From Spirogloea muscicola (lineage: Eukaryota), in assembly GCA_009602725.1 (NCBI GenBank), contig WELB01000021.1, forward strand, positions 212,847 to 251,735: 38,889 bases of DNA. The letters run 5' to 3'. The position numbers were made by a program, and so were the translations under genes. Below the pieces are notes generated by a model, which saw only the letters and a list, made by a program, of their open reading frames with translations, was not told the DNA's origin and did not search any database. Within the stretch, counting starts at the first letter, position 1. Every line of letters begins with the position of its first letter. This document shows, one piece after another, positions 26,384 through 38,701 of this stretch.

Positions 26384-29300
26384 TCATAAAGCAGGCACGC
26401 GGCAGGCTGCCAGCTTCTGCTTGACCTCTGACAGCCCTGCACAGCCGAGGAGCCCCAGGCAGCTGCCAGTCACGACATTGTGATTATGACTACATGGACT
26501 AAGATAGTGACTCTAAGCCGTTGCAGCGAGGTGCTGTCAAGGTAGTAGCTCCTGCTCATTGCAATAGCAGTGTTGGAGCTTCTAGAAGGAGACAATTTTG
26601 GAGGCGCTGCTGGTGAGTGTCGTGTTTTTGAGACGTAGGAAGATGCAGATCTGGCAGTGATCATATTTGGCACAGTCTAGGTAGTCAAGCACACCTGGTA
26701 GCGAGGAGAAGTCGGGCTGAATGCCGTTCTGGTCAATGTCGTTCTTGGCGGGCGTGACATACTTGCCGGCTGTCAGCACGATGCCGGAGCCATCGCTTAG
26801 CTCGTAGACTGACTGGATCAGGCCCTGGACAGGAAGGTAATCAGAGTTACGTGCTGGTGTCTCTGTGACGTATACGCCATGGAAGTGTCTTAGACAGTCT
26901 GGCTTTGATGGGTTGCAAGTGGTTGTCATCTGGAAAAACCAATCAACAGGAGTTAATAATTTCATAGCGACGAGCTTGTGCACATTCTGTACAGGAGGAA
27001 GCTGAAGCATGCTGGATAACACATACCTTCCCGAATGTCCGTTGTCCAACTAGAGCTGCCCGGCAGTTGTCATGTAATGCAGCCGCTAACTGCAGCGCAT
27101 GTGATTCCACAGGCTAAATAATCGAAGCTGATGCAATGTCAGACTTGCTAAGCTCTGCATGCTGACAATTGTCATGCAAGACTAGGAAGGACTGACAGCT
27201 TATGAGGCCACTTTTGGTCTATACACATGCATTTTGTGTTTAGACCAAAAGCACTTATTCAGGAGCCATGACTCTTGAAGCACCGCCATGTAAATGAAGC
27301 AGACTATGCCAGATAGAAAGATTGGGCTCTTACTATCTCACTAGCACTTGCTGTCCGGTCGTTGACAAGAACCTGTTGAAAGATCCTGAGAAATGTGTCA
27401 CGAGGACTTCGGGAATGAAGACTAACAGATTCTCAACAGTCTTAGCGATTGGTCACTGCACCCACTCACAAAGACTGCAGGCTGTGACATAGAGCATGTC
27501 TATGTGCAGATATCATATCTGGCATGAATTCTGGCGAGCAATTTACATGTAGGATGTGGGTACTCAGCAAAACATGCCAAACGTGTAGAGTCCGCAAAGT
27601 TCAGTGAGGGTTTAGCCTTTTTGTCCTTGATAGAAATTATAGTATATGATCCTTCTTCAGCAACTGCTGCGACCAACCAAGACATTACATTATGAGCCAG
27701 TCAAGGTAAATATTCGTCTTTACCACCAAGGGAGCATGCGAGAACGGAGGGCCTCTTGCCATCACACTTTTCAGGTTCTGTGGGTCCCGGTCTTCCGTGT
27801 ACACTACCTGCACGTCCTTGTCCACATATGTCAGATGAGAGCAGGCTGCTGGCAAGTAGACAGTCAGGCTGAAGCGTAGCATAGCTGTGCACTTCACTGA
27901 TATGAGGAAAAGAGGAGAGACCCACCACGGCCCCTTCATCAAGGAAGAGCTTGGAGATTTCAACTCCAGCCTGTGCTACATTTGGCAACATAAATCAAAA
28001 TCAGGTGAGCCAACATCAAGCAGCCCAGAACATACACGGGCCTATTGCAAGGAAAAGTGACATCTAAGAGCGTCACACAGCACTGCAAGATGGCGATGCA
28101 GGCTCGGGTCAGTCAGCTTGTAGGACTCTTTGTTGCTTCAACGCGAGATGGCAGGGGACCAAATCCGAGAAAAGAAAGACGAGGAAGGAGGAACTCTAAT
28201 GCATACTTCAATGTACAGTAAGACAGTCGCAGAGCTAACCTGGACCAGGCCGCCGCCATTGTCTCGGATGTCCAGTGTGTATGAGGTGGCACCAGCATCC
28301 TGCAGCCTCCTCATCGCTGCACAAGACCCCAAGAGACAAAGGCACGACTGGATGATGTTGCAAATATATCCCCATCAGAGGAAGTACAAGGACATCATCG
28401 GCGCTTGCCTGCTGGACTCAGTAGGCACTGGTACCATCACCAGGTTGACTCGCAGCCTCTTTCATGGTACAAAAAAGCTACAGAGTCACAGTCTTCATTA
28501 GTTATTGTCTACTCTATCTGATAGCTTCCACAATGATTTAGCTGCATGCACCTGTGACAAGGTCGCGCTTAGCCAGGGCATTGAACTCCCGTAATCGGAT
28601 GTAGCCGAATTTCTGGCCACGGTCCAGCCCTGTGCCCTTTTGCAAACGAAAGAGCACTGGCGTCTTCACGTCCATCTGACGCTGTAGGCTCACCGTCTGA
28701 ATGGGACCACAGTCGCCGCGCCTCACCTGCAGGAATTTATTCTCCAGACGTATTATGCATTGACTAGGTTGTATCATCTTGAACTCAGTCAAGTCTGGCC
28801 TGCCTAGGTCACCTCAGCGCATGTACGATCGAGCAATAAGCATGCGGTGCTAAATATTTATGAGAATAACAAATGGGCAACACGAGGCTCGCCTGCAGGG
28901 AGACTTGGGTGCCCTTGGGGCCTTGGATGAGCGAGGATACGTCAAAAGCTGACTTGCCGGACACACTCTCCTGGTTTACCTCCAGTATCTCATCGCCCTG
29001 TTTGAGAGCAAACCTCTGTCATGCTGCTGGGTTGAGAAAGGAAGAGTGGAGCACACATGAACAGACATCAACTGCCATACTTAAGGGCATTTCGGAGATG
29101 GCGAGGCTTGTATGATATTGACGGCAGATTATTTATTGTCATTGTCAATGCTGACTGCAGCGACCTGCTGGAGGCGGCAGACGACAAGTGGATTAGACCT
29201 GCCGTATGCCGGCCTTGGCTGCGGGGGAGTTGATGACGAGCCCAAGGACGACGAGCCGCCGGTTTCCCCTACCCTCCGGCCCTCCAAGTTCAACGATGTT

Positions 29301-31164
29301 GAGGCCCACCCCTGTCACGTCGTACTTGGCGAGCTCGGAGAACTGTGTTGGCCAGCACAAAACCAAGGGCTAAGTATACTGGAACTTAAAACAGTTTGCC
29401 AACAGGTTATACTTATCTTGACCAGCAAGTGACTGCTGCCACAGCCACCTAGAGTACAATGGACTAAGTCCTGCTTAATCCTTGCTGATGAAAGCAACCA
29501 CGAGATGTGCATGCATAAACTCTATTATCCTGTTGGTGAAGCTGCTACAAGCTCAGCTAGATAGAATGATGAGCATGCCACCTATATGCTCTTCTTTGCC
29601 TGATCTGCAACTCACTACAGTTCACTACTTAAGATCCTCTACATCCACAGGTATCACAAGTGGCTCACTACCACAACCTGCTCTGGTGTAAGGAAGCGGC
29701 TGTAGGGGTCTTGCAGACTGGTAAGCATTGAGCTGATGGCACTGTACGCAGCCATCTTGCTCCTCAGGGGCCGCCTGAGCAGCTCCGTCCGCTTTGCCTG
29801 CTCAAGACCCAGAGATGCTTTGTTGAAATTCGGAGACCCAAATTTGCAAGCAGCCAGACGAAAGTATGACTTCAAGGTTGCAGATCTTATCATGGAGACA
29901 GCCCCAACTGTAACTGATCAATTTCACGTCAGCTCTAGCTGATGTTGCTCAATGAACAAGCTGTGTTATGCAAAGCAGGCTTGGAAAACATGGCACCCGG
30001 GCGAGAGTGCTGCAGGACAGAGCAGACGCAAAGCAAAGGAGAACCCAAATGCCAAGCTACATTGCTCACGGCTAATGTGAAGTCGAGATGTGAAGGCGAC
30101 ATTGCATGGACCCAACCTCAGCATCAACTTTAGCTTACTCCTGTATTTAGATGTCCGTATTATAGTCCTACACCTAGCAACGGGGGCCGCGGAGGCAACC
30201 AAGGCACAGGGTTGTGGCAGTGCCTGACCGCCCAGGCTTCAGGCGTCCAGCCGCGGTGGCGTGCATCCAGGAAGCTCTCGTTGACGACTGTCCAGGCCTC
30301 GAGAGCCAGCTCCTCGGGCGTGGCCTGCACCAGAATGCAGTTGCCCAAGGGACAGTCAGAGCCTCTGGAGCATTCTGGCAGTCTCTTTGCCAGGATCGAT
30401 AAGCTTAGGCTATGCAGCTCGCTGCGTTCACTTAGCAGTGCACGATGGAATACTGCCATTCCTTCAACTATTTACCAACCTGATGCCGCAGCATCACATA
30501 ATCTGGTTAATATTTCGATTACCAAATGACCATCGAAAGCAAGCGCAAACGGCGTAAGCTGCAGACTGCTAGGACTTGATGTGCGACCGCTCTGGAGAGG
30601 GACAGTGCAGTGTCGAGGCTGCTCATTGTCTAAGGAAAATCTTGCTTGCTGCTGCTCAGGATTGAACCTAAGCCCTGAGGAACCTGAACCCTAAGCCCTG
30701 TAGCGCAGCGCCTGGCAATACATGCCTAATATTGAGGTTGTCAAGCGCCAATTAGGGTTCAGGTTAGAATTTAGGGTTTAGCGTCAGGCCGCATGAGCTT
30801 AAGTGAAGTGCCTGCTGCCATGGCTCACCTCCTCCTCTGGGCCAGCGGCCGCCGCCTCCACGGCCGCCTTGGCAGCGAGCTCCGCGGTGCACTGCACGGG
30901 CTCGCCGTCGGAGCCGCGGCGCTCGGACGCCGGCGCCACAGCCAGCTGCCGCAGCACGGCCGNAGCCGCCGCGACGCCGCCGCGCTCGTCGCCGGCGGCG
31001 GCGGCCGCCAAGCATCGCACATCATGGCAGGCGCCTCGGGTTGCGATGGAGTCTGGCTGCCGCGGCGGATATGAAGACAGCGGCTGCTGCAATGGACGGC
31101 ACGTCGGCGCCGGTGCAGCCGCGCTGCCGCCGGCGACGACGGCCATGAGGCTTGCGGCAGCCAT
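26384..31164 (-). CDS. CTPA1: Carboxyl-terminal processing peptidase (S41A, PDZ), CTPA1-type, with plastid/lumen presequence
   Basis: Exons give EAWTVVNESFLD, MLTSLQDPYSRFLTPEQFSELAKYDVTGVGLN, PDZ (SPAAKAGIRQGDEILEVN), GYIRLREFNALAKRDL, LDIRDNGGGLVQAG, VLVNDRTASASEILAAALHDNCRAALVGQRTFGKGLIQSVYELSDGSG (catalytic Ser/Lys) and last exon 26384-26436 LSEVKQKLAACRVPAL*. The start (MAAASLMAVV..) is inferred. Confidence 0.93.
30752..30781 (-). promoter_or_regulatory. Telo-box (AAACCCTA) and degenerate telomere-like repeats in CTPA1 intron 1
   Basis: TTAGGGTTCAGGTTAGAATTTAGGGTTTAG, with an exact TAGGGTTT at 30772-30779. Confidence 0.45.
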
Positions 31165-31535
31165 CTGCACGAGGTTCCGGCCGCCGCCGCCACCGCCGCC
31201 TCGAGCGCCAGTCAGACCGGCTGTGCTGTGCTCCTGGTGTCGTCTGTCGCAGCGCCGAGGGCAGAGCTTCGAAGGACAAGCGTACGCCGCAATGGCGTCG
31301 AGGCGGGAGAGGCACGACGGCGGCAAGGCTGGCTTCTTCGCTTCCTCACGAGCTCTGCAGTGGGGAGGACTCTCGAGCACTTGGATCATGCTCCTGCCTC
31401 GACTCAGCCATGGACGCCAAGTTGCAGTGTTGAGGAGTTGCAAATCATAGGGGTTGGTATTCAGGCTTGCTTGGAATACATCAAATGGTAAAGCCTAATA
31501 ATAGGGAGGTTACTGCTTTCCAATGGTGATAGGAT

Positions 31536-32290
31536 AGTGGCTCTTTCCGGAAGGGAGGCAAGGGCTGTGAGAAGAAGTGGCTCTCCCAGTGGGGGCAAGG
31601 GCTGTAAGAAGAAGTGGCTCTCCCAATGGGGGCAAGGGCTGTGAGAAGCCAGCCCGAAAAGAATCGACAAGGTTCAAAGGGGCCAAATTACGAGCTAAGC
31701 AGCTAGTAAGGGGAGAAGTGCGCGCCCATAGAGAAGAGGGGCTGGCAAAGCCAGTAAGGGGCCTGAAGAGGCTATGGCAGAAAAGGGGAGGATGGACCTA
31801 CTCAGTAGTTACGAGTGAGGAGCCTCACATCCGACAGACTAGCTGCCGGAAAACCATCCCTGGCTGTGAACAGCCAGCCCGAAAACAAATGACCAGGTCC
31901 GAAGCGGGCAAAGAGGGAAGGGCTCGCCCATAGAGAAGAGGGGCTGGCAAAGCCAGCCCTAACAAGAGTGGCCAAAGAGCGCTGTCTCAGACCTTCCCCG
32001 GGAAATGCTTGAAAGGCTCCAATCTGAATAGATTCTAATCTCGAGAGATCTGCATCTATTCACTTGCCAGAGCTTCTCCGCAGAGTGTTGTGATCGGCAG
32101 GTCACCCTGTACATCATCTTGGATGATCGCCACGCTTTGGCTGCTACTTCTGGGTTTCGTCGGGATGCCTCTTTTCCAGCTGCAAGTTACTCCGACTTGC
32201 GGCTGCTGACTCAGGTTTACTGAGCTCCCATTCACTGTAGTCTTGCATAGCTGTATGGTTTCGGCGCCCTCTGAAGAGTCATTTTTTGAT
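31536..32290. repeat. Dispersed repeat family copy with an inverted left part, a 37-bp tandem array and a 32-bp direct repeat
   Basis: Homologous to 13295-13517 (inverted) and 13920-14075 (direct). 37-bp units start at 31557, 31594 and 31631. CGCCCATAGAGAAGAGGGGCTGGCAAAGCCAG occurs identically at 31723-31754 and 31925-31956. Confidence 0.85.
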
Positions 32291-33527
32291 AAATGGATGG
32301 CTGTCATTAGATGGCTCTAATGGGCCAACCCAGAAGAAGAGGAATAGAGCTCGAAGGGGCCTCCGAGATGAAGGGTGTACAGGATCTCTAGTTCTTGCAG
32401 GCATGCGTTGCTCCAAAATGCAGACCACGTGCTACACCATGTACACTCTGCAGGGAGCGGAGTAAGAACCTCGCCTTTCTTATTAAGGGGAATGGCCTCG
32501 TTGTTGAACGTAGTACTATGGTTAACCAGCCGTTCAGGTTGAGTGACCATCTAACTCGGCCTATTGGCCCTGAGACACTTAGTCAGTAATCATTCTCCCA
32601 GGCTGTAAGATCTTTCATGTATGCAGTGGAGTAGACCAGAAATTGCAGCAGCTGTAGCTAAGCAGAAGGCTGAGAAGGAAGTACTCAATATAGCAGTATG
32701 ACCGCTGACATCTTTACTTCAATAATTCAGGTCTCTCAAGTGCAGGGCTAGTTTAGTCAGGAACTCATAAGAGGGAGCATCCTTTCCTGCTTATTAGCCC
32801 TTGATACTGTCTAACCGTCCCACTTAGGAGTGGGCGCTTGTTGCATCTGGAGGCGGCTTGCCCAGGCCACCTTGGCTGCCACGTAGCGCCATGTTGCGCC
32901 TGAGTCAGCAGCACTCGTGCTGACTCAAAGCACAATTTTGTACTACAGGGATCAGTGGGCCTGTGTCCACTCACTACCAACAGGAGCCACCGAACTCCTT
33001 TTACCCACAACTCCTTGGTTGCCAGCACCCACACCACTACCTTTGAGTTGCTGCCGGCCTGCTTCCTCAGAGTCTGCTGCCATTACCGCCATGGACAGGA
33101 AGGCGCGAACAGAGCACGGCACTCTCTCGAGGAGAGTCGCTTCTTCAATGCCTGAGCCCTGGTTGAGTGATGGTAGAACTTGCTATGCCGACAAAAGAAA
33201 ATGGTGGGTATCAGATCTGGCAATTCGGAGTTTATAGAGGTCTTCAGACAAGAGGTCAGGGCTCAAGTGTCTGCAACGAATCCACACTATGAGTGCTTCG
33301 AGGTACAAGTCAATGCAAAGTCGCAAGTCAATGCAAAGTCTTCCTTTCTGACTCCTGTGACAACAAAATACGACAGCAAAAGCAATCTTGACGGCTTGCA
33401 CGAAGCGTGGCAGCCAAAGTTGATCAGGTTGCCAGCTTGCCAAGTCCGCGAGGCTTAGACATGAAGCTCCAATCAAAAATGTTGTGTGCAGTTGCACGCG
33501 AAGCTACGTAGCCAATGACTTAGTCTT

Positions 33528-34978
33528 TCACTTTCCGACCATTGCATGCTCCTTGCACAGTGGCACAGCCAGCTGCCCCAAGGGGAGGAGTGATGCGCCG
33601 AGGGCAACCCACACGCCAGGTGCGCCAGGCACCTGCACAGGAATGCCGAGAGCAAGCGGCAGGGCGCCGCCTCCGAGCACAGTGCACGGCGGCGAGAGGA
33701 GCAAGCCAGGCCCGGGATTGGGCGGCACCCCAGGGCCAGGCACCGGTGGCATGTCGGGGCGGCCCGGCGTGGGGAAGGGCGGCGTGCCGGGTGGGAACTG
33801 CGGCTCCGGAGCTGGCGGCGGCGTGCCGCCGGGTGGAGTGGCTGGCGGTGGGATGGGGCCTGGGATCTCGGGGCCTGGGTATGTCGGCGGCCGCTCGTCG
33901 GGGATGCCGGGCGCCGTGCCCGGGCCCGGCGGAAACGGGATTGGCACTGCGATGGCCACCGCCATGCCCGGGGCTCGACAACGCACCCTTGCCGCAGCCA
34001 CACCTGCGCACAGCGTGGAGGCGACGGCAGCCGACGCCGCCGACGCGCGCGGCGGGCTGTAAGTCACGAACGCCTTCTTGGCCTTGGCCGGGGGAGGCTG
34101 TGGGACGAAGGGCGGCGGCATGGGCGCCGGCTCGCTGGGGCCCGGGAGCGGCACCGCCTGCGGCGGCGGCGTGAGCGGCGAAAAAAAAAAAAAAAAAAAA
34201 NNNNNNNNNNNNNNNNNNNNNNNNNNNNNNNNNNNNNNNNNNNNNNNNNNNNNNNNNNNNNNNNNNNNNNNNNNNNNNNNNNNNNNNNNNNNNNNNNNNN
34301 NNNNNNNNNNNNNNNNNNNNNNNNNNNNNNNNNNNNNNNNNNNNNNNNNNNNNNNNNNNNNNNNNNNNNNNNNNNNNNNNNNNNNNNNNNNNNNNNNNNN
34401 NNNNNNNNNNNNNNNNNNNNNNNNNNNNNNNNNNNNNNNNNNNNNNNNNNNNNNNNNNNNNNNNNNNNNNNNNNNNNNNNNNNNNNNNNNNNNNNNNNNN
34501 NNNNNNNNNNNNNNNNNNNNNNNNNNNNNNNNNNNNNNNNNNNNNNNNNNNNNNNNNNNNNNNNNNNNNNNNNNNNNNNNNNNNNNNNNNNNNNNNNNNN
34601 NNNNNNNNNNNNNNNNNNNNNNNNNNNNNNNNNNNNNNNNNNNNNNNNNNNNNNNNNNNNNNNNNNNNNNNNNNNNNNNNNNNNNNNNNNNNNNNNNNNN
34701 NNNNNNNNNNNNNNNNNNNNNNNNNNNNNNNNNNNNNNNNNNNNNNNNNNNNNNNNNNNNNNNNNNNNNNNNNNNNNNNNNNNNNNNNNNNNNNNNNNNN
34801 NNNNNNNNNNNNNNNNNNNNNNNNNNNNNNNNNNNNNNNNNNNNNNNNNNNNNNNNNNNNNNNNNNNNNNNNNNNNNNNNNNNNNNNNNNNNNNNNNNNN
34901 NNNNNNNNNNNNNNNNNNNNNNNNNNNNNNNNNNNNNNNNNNNNGGCGGCGGCGGCGGGGGCGCGAGCCAGCGCCATG
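33528..34978 (-). CDS. Proline-rich protein of unknown function (spans a 744-nt gap)
   Basis: Putative start gccATGGCG (MALARAPAAAA) at 34978. Frame 33528-34180 is open with Pro/Gly-rich repeats (PGPEIPGPIPPPATPPGGTPPPAPEPQFPPGTPPFPTPGRPDMPPVPGPG). Intron structure and linkage across the gap are unverified. Confidence 0.5.
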
Positions 34979-35082
34979 GCGGCGGCGCAGCGGAGGTGTG
35001 GGGGAGGAGGGAGGTGGGGGGGGGAGGAGGGCAGTGAAGTTCCGCCTCCCCTCCTCTTTCCCCCCCTCCCCACAGGACCCTC

Positions 35083-35168
35083 ATTGGCTTATCAGGCGTC
35101 TCGCCGGTCGCGGCGACTCCGAGTCACACGGCCACGTGGCGAGTGCAACGTGGCGCCCGCCACTTGGC
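35083..35168 (-). promoter_or_regulatory. G-box/ABRE cluster upstream of the proline-rich gene
   Basis: Palindromic GCCACGTGGC (35131-35140), ACGTGGC (35148-35154) and GCCACTTGGC (35159-35168), plus GATAAG and CCAAT on the minus strand near 35083-35093. Confidence 0.45.
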
Positions 35169-35681
35169 GGTCCAAGACTGTCACGGACTCGGGGTAATGT
35201 TAAACCTTACTCAGTCATTGTTTATGCTCTCATTGAGCTTAATGAGAGGTGAGGGTTAGGAGTTTCACCTGTCGGCAGCATAGAGTGAAGCCCAACTAGT
35301 CATGACGTGCTAAGCTGAGACACAAATCGTCCTCTTACGGCTCCTTGCTATATTGTTAGGCATGATTGTATTGCAATGTGATAACAAAGCACTGCCCAAA
35401 AGTGAAGCTGTTCCAGTGAAGAGTGGTGGAGAGTGGTGCTGGGTTGCACTATGAAGGTGTTGGCAGCCTAAGTGCCCTATTGAGCGGCCTTGTCAGTCTG
35501 CACTAGGTGCTGACTTGTAACATTTTTCAAGCTTGTCTACTTCTGCCTCCTGCAAATAGCCCGCCAAATAGCCATCTTCTGACTTCTGAGTGGTTCGAGT
35601 TTTAGGATCGCAAGCACTCCCTATATGATCGCGCCGACTGGCCAGATGTAGGTGTCCAGTGTGACTTGCATGTAGCTGGTG

Positions 35682-38591
35682 TTATTGCACCAGGACCCCA
35701 TTCTTCATTAATACCCCCAGGCAGTCCTTCGCCCTCTCAATCGTCAGCTCCAGTATCCTCCATTCCTCTTCCCGCAACTGCACAAACAGGCCGGGGCATA
35801 CTGTGTCACAACTACGTCTATAATTGCTCCAGTAGTGCAGCCAATGAGCAGGTGAGGCAGCAACGAGTGTCGTGCATGCCAGGTCTTATGACGTACACAT
35901 TGACTAAACAACCTACACAGATCTGCTTAATACAAACTCTGTCAAAGTCGTACTGGAGATTGAGAAGAATGTGAACCTTGGCCATGAGCTCGAGCTCCTG
36001 CTGCAGCACACTTTCCGGAACAGCGCTCTTGCTAACACTGCTGCTGCCGTTTAGCCCAGGGAGGGCACCCAAGCCCTTGACAGGCATCGGGCCATTGGCG
36101 GGTGCGCCATCGTCCTTGGCATCCCCGTCATAGACCCGGGAACCAACCGCAGCTAGCCGCGACTGGCAAATTGCAACTAGCATCTCCTGGCCCTTGTCAT
36201 CGATCGTAACTTCTCCGCTGGCCCAGGACCTAACATCAGAAGCAGCTTCGACATGCGCTGTCTCCTTGTGCGTAGGCCCAACTGCCGTCCTTCCACCAGC
36301 CAAGCTTCCAAGACCCCTGTCAGTGGCCACCACCAGCAGCCCATTGACGGTCTCGGCAGCATTTTCTGCCTGGTGCTCCACGTGCCCATTAGCCACTTCA
36401 TTGGATGCCGTAGTTGTATAGCCCTTACTAGCCTCACCCTCATTGACCTCCAACTTGGTGGCCTGCAGTCAGGAAAGCCCCTGCTCACACGATCTGACCA
36501 ATCTGACCAGACTAAACAACAAATCTAGCAGCTGCCTAATAGCTGGCCTTATTCAAGACCCTAAACTCCAGCCAAACAGATTTTACTTCTTGCTCTTGAT
36601 TGCAGGAGTACCCATACAAGAGGAGCTGACAGGCAGAAGTGCTCAGGGTGGCAGTGACTGCCATTGATGTACCTGGAGGCGCTTGGATGTGGCCCTTGCC
36701 TTCTCGGCAATGATAGCACGGAGCTGCCTTGTGACGCTCTCATCATTTGGCAACTGGGCGACACGAATCCACGTCGCGAGCTCGTGGGAGGGTGATCCGT
36801 CACGGTGCAAGTCCAGCCAGCCAATGGGCGGCAATCCCAGCCACTTCAGCAGTGCGAGCTGCCAACATAAAATCCACAACATGTGGGTTACTGTGTACTT
36901 GTAGCTTGTTCAGACCTTGATTGGCTGTGGATGCAGCACAAGAGCTTTCATGAGAAGGGCAGCCTCACTCTCTTTTGGAGCAGCGGGTCCATGAGGGCTA
37001 GTGCGACTGGGACTCTGCATGTTTGCACATAGTAGAGCACCTCTTAGCCAGATTGCCTCGGCCGCAAGGTTTTGCATGCTTTACTGTCACTGCTTCTTTC
37101 GGTGTTACTTGGCTTATCACTACCATCACAACCTTCATGCAGCAAGTGTAGGGCCGACGTTAGAGCATGTAATGACTTGGTACAACTTGAGAGGCATTGT
37201 TCTTCACTGTAACCTGATTCGGTCATGTGAGTTGAACTTCGGTAGGAAACCCGCATAGAAGAGCAGCGCCATATTTGACCGCTGCCCATACGACATGTAC
37301 ACCTGGCCGGCAATCGCGGGTTCAAGCATGCCCGTCACCATCGTCCAGGGTAAAGCATCACTACAACCTCGGACGTGAAGACTGTCTGCTATGTTGCACA
37401 TTTGCATGAGGCCGCAGTCTGATTTTATTCACTGAAATAAAGTGTTGCACTATTTCTCCCAACCAGTAAAAGCTAAAGACTTCTGCTTTGCATGCTCACT
37501 GTCACATTGCAAGCATGCTCAACTGCTCGACGAGCACGGACAGAGGTCGGCCAGGGTTCCACTGACCTGCTCATTGGCGGCAAAGTCACGCTTAGCTGTG
37601 AGCTCGCTTGACTGGCTGGCGACATCGAATTGCAGTGAAATATCCCCCTCCTGCGGTGCATACGTGTGGGGTCAATCAGGGAATAAGCATAATGGTGATA
37701 GCCGATCATAGGTGCAGCCCTATATTGTCCATGTGGTCTCTATGATTACACAGCTACGCATACCACCAGCTTGCTATTACCAAGGAAGGGGGAAGGGGCG
37801 AAGGGCAACATCAAGGCAGCGATGTGACCTCATGATTGACCATGTCTACAAGCGGAATGAGGGCCATGTTCTGCGCCAGGCTGCAGCCCCGCGGCAGTGG
37901 CAGTGAATTTTGCCGCATCATCACCATCTGCGAGGGGCGATGCACGGACCAAGTAGGAGAGAGGATGAGGCGAAAGAGGGCGCAAGACTCACAAGGGGTG
38001 TACAACTGCTTTGGCGATGGGCCCTCACATACAATATTGATTCAATCGAGAGTCCAAAGGTTGGGGTTTAGATCTTCTTAGAGCTGAGGCACAAGAAAGA
38101 GAGGACAAAATGATAAGTGAGGCAAACACAGCACCAGCGGGGGCCTTGCAGGCAGGAACCGTCACGCAGCTCCTATGCCTCTTGAGCTCACCGTTGCGGC
38201 CCACCGAAACTCGACCCAGGTGAACCACAACGTGGCGCGCTCAAGAGCTGGCGCGAGGTGCGCAAGCGCGTGGAGTGCTCCACGCACATGCGCGTACTGC
38301 TTGGCAACCGCACGCAGGAGCTTGTGTGCTTCCATCAGCGCCGTAGTGCCGCGCAGCGTGCGCAGGGCTTCAACGCTGCCGAGGCACAGAGGCAGGGCAG
38401 CAGCCCGAGAGGAAGTGAGATTTGATATCTCAACAAAGGCAGCGTGCTTGGACTGATGAGGCCAGGTTGTTGTGTAGGAGTTACCTGAATGCCAGCGGCA
38501 GGAGGAAGCGGTGGGCAGTGTCAGCATTGGTCACGCCTGTGCAGTCCTGCCCAGGGAGCGACGCAATGTACCCGGCCCATCGCGACACGTC
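35682..38591 (-). CDS. SET-domain methyltransferase with Rubisco-LSMT substrate-binding domain, SETD3-like; 5' end outside window
   Basis: Exons give SRWAGYIASLP, FTWVEFRWAAT|MVMMRQNSLP..MALIPLVDMVNHE|EGDISLQFDVASQSSELTAKRDFAANEQ|VYMSYGQRSNMALLFYAGFLPKFNSHDRI, SHELATWIRVAQL and ELMAK|LREEEWRILELTIERAK. The exact 3' end is uncertain. Confidence 0.85.
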
Positions 38592-38663
38592 CTTGACGGG
38601 CTTATGCTGTCAGTTAGGAGAAGGTAATAGGGGGGAGGAGCAGGGGGCGTGAGGCAGGGGAAA

Positions 38664-38701
38664 AGCCGTGCCTCGTACGAGTATTTGTACGAGGCACGGC
38701 T
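38664..38701. repeat. Perfect 15-bp inverted repeat with 8-nt spacer, in a SET-gene intron
   Basis: AGCCGTGCCTCGTAC-GAGTATTT-GTACGAGGCACGGCT. Confidence 0.9.
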
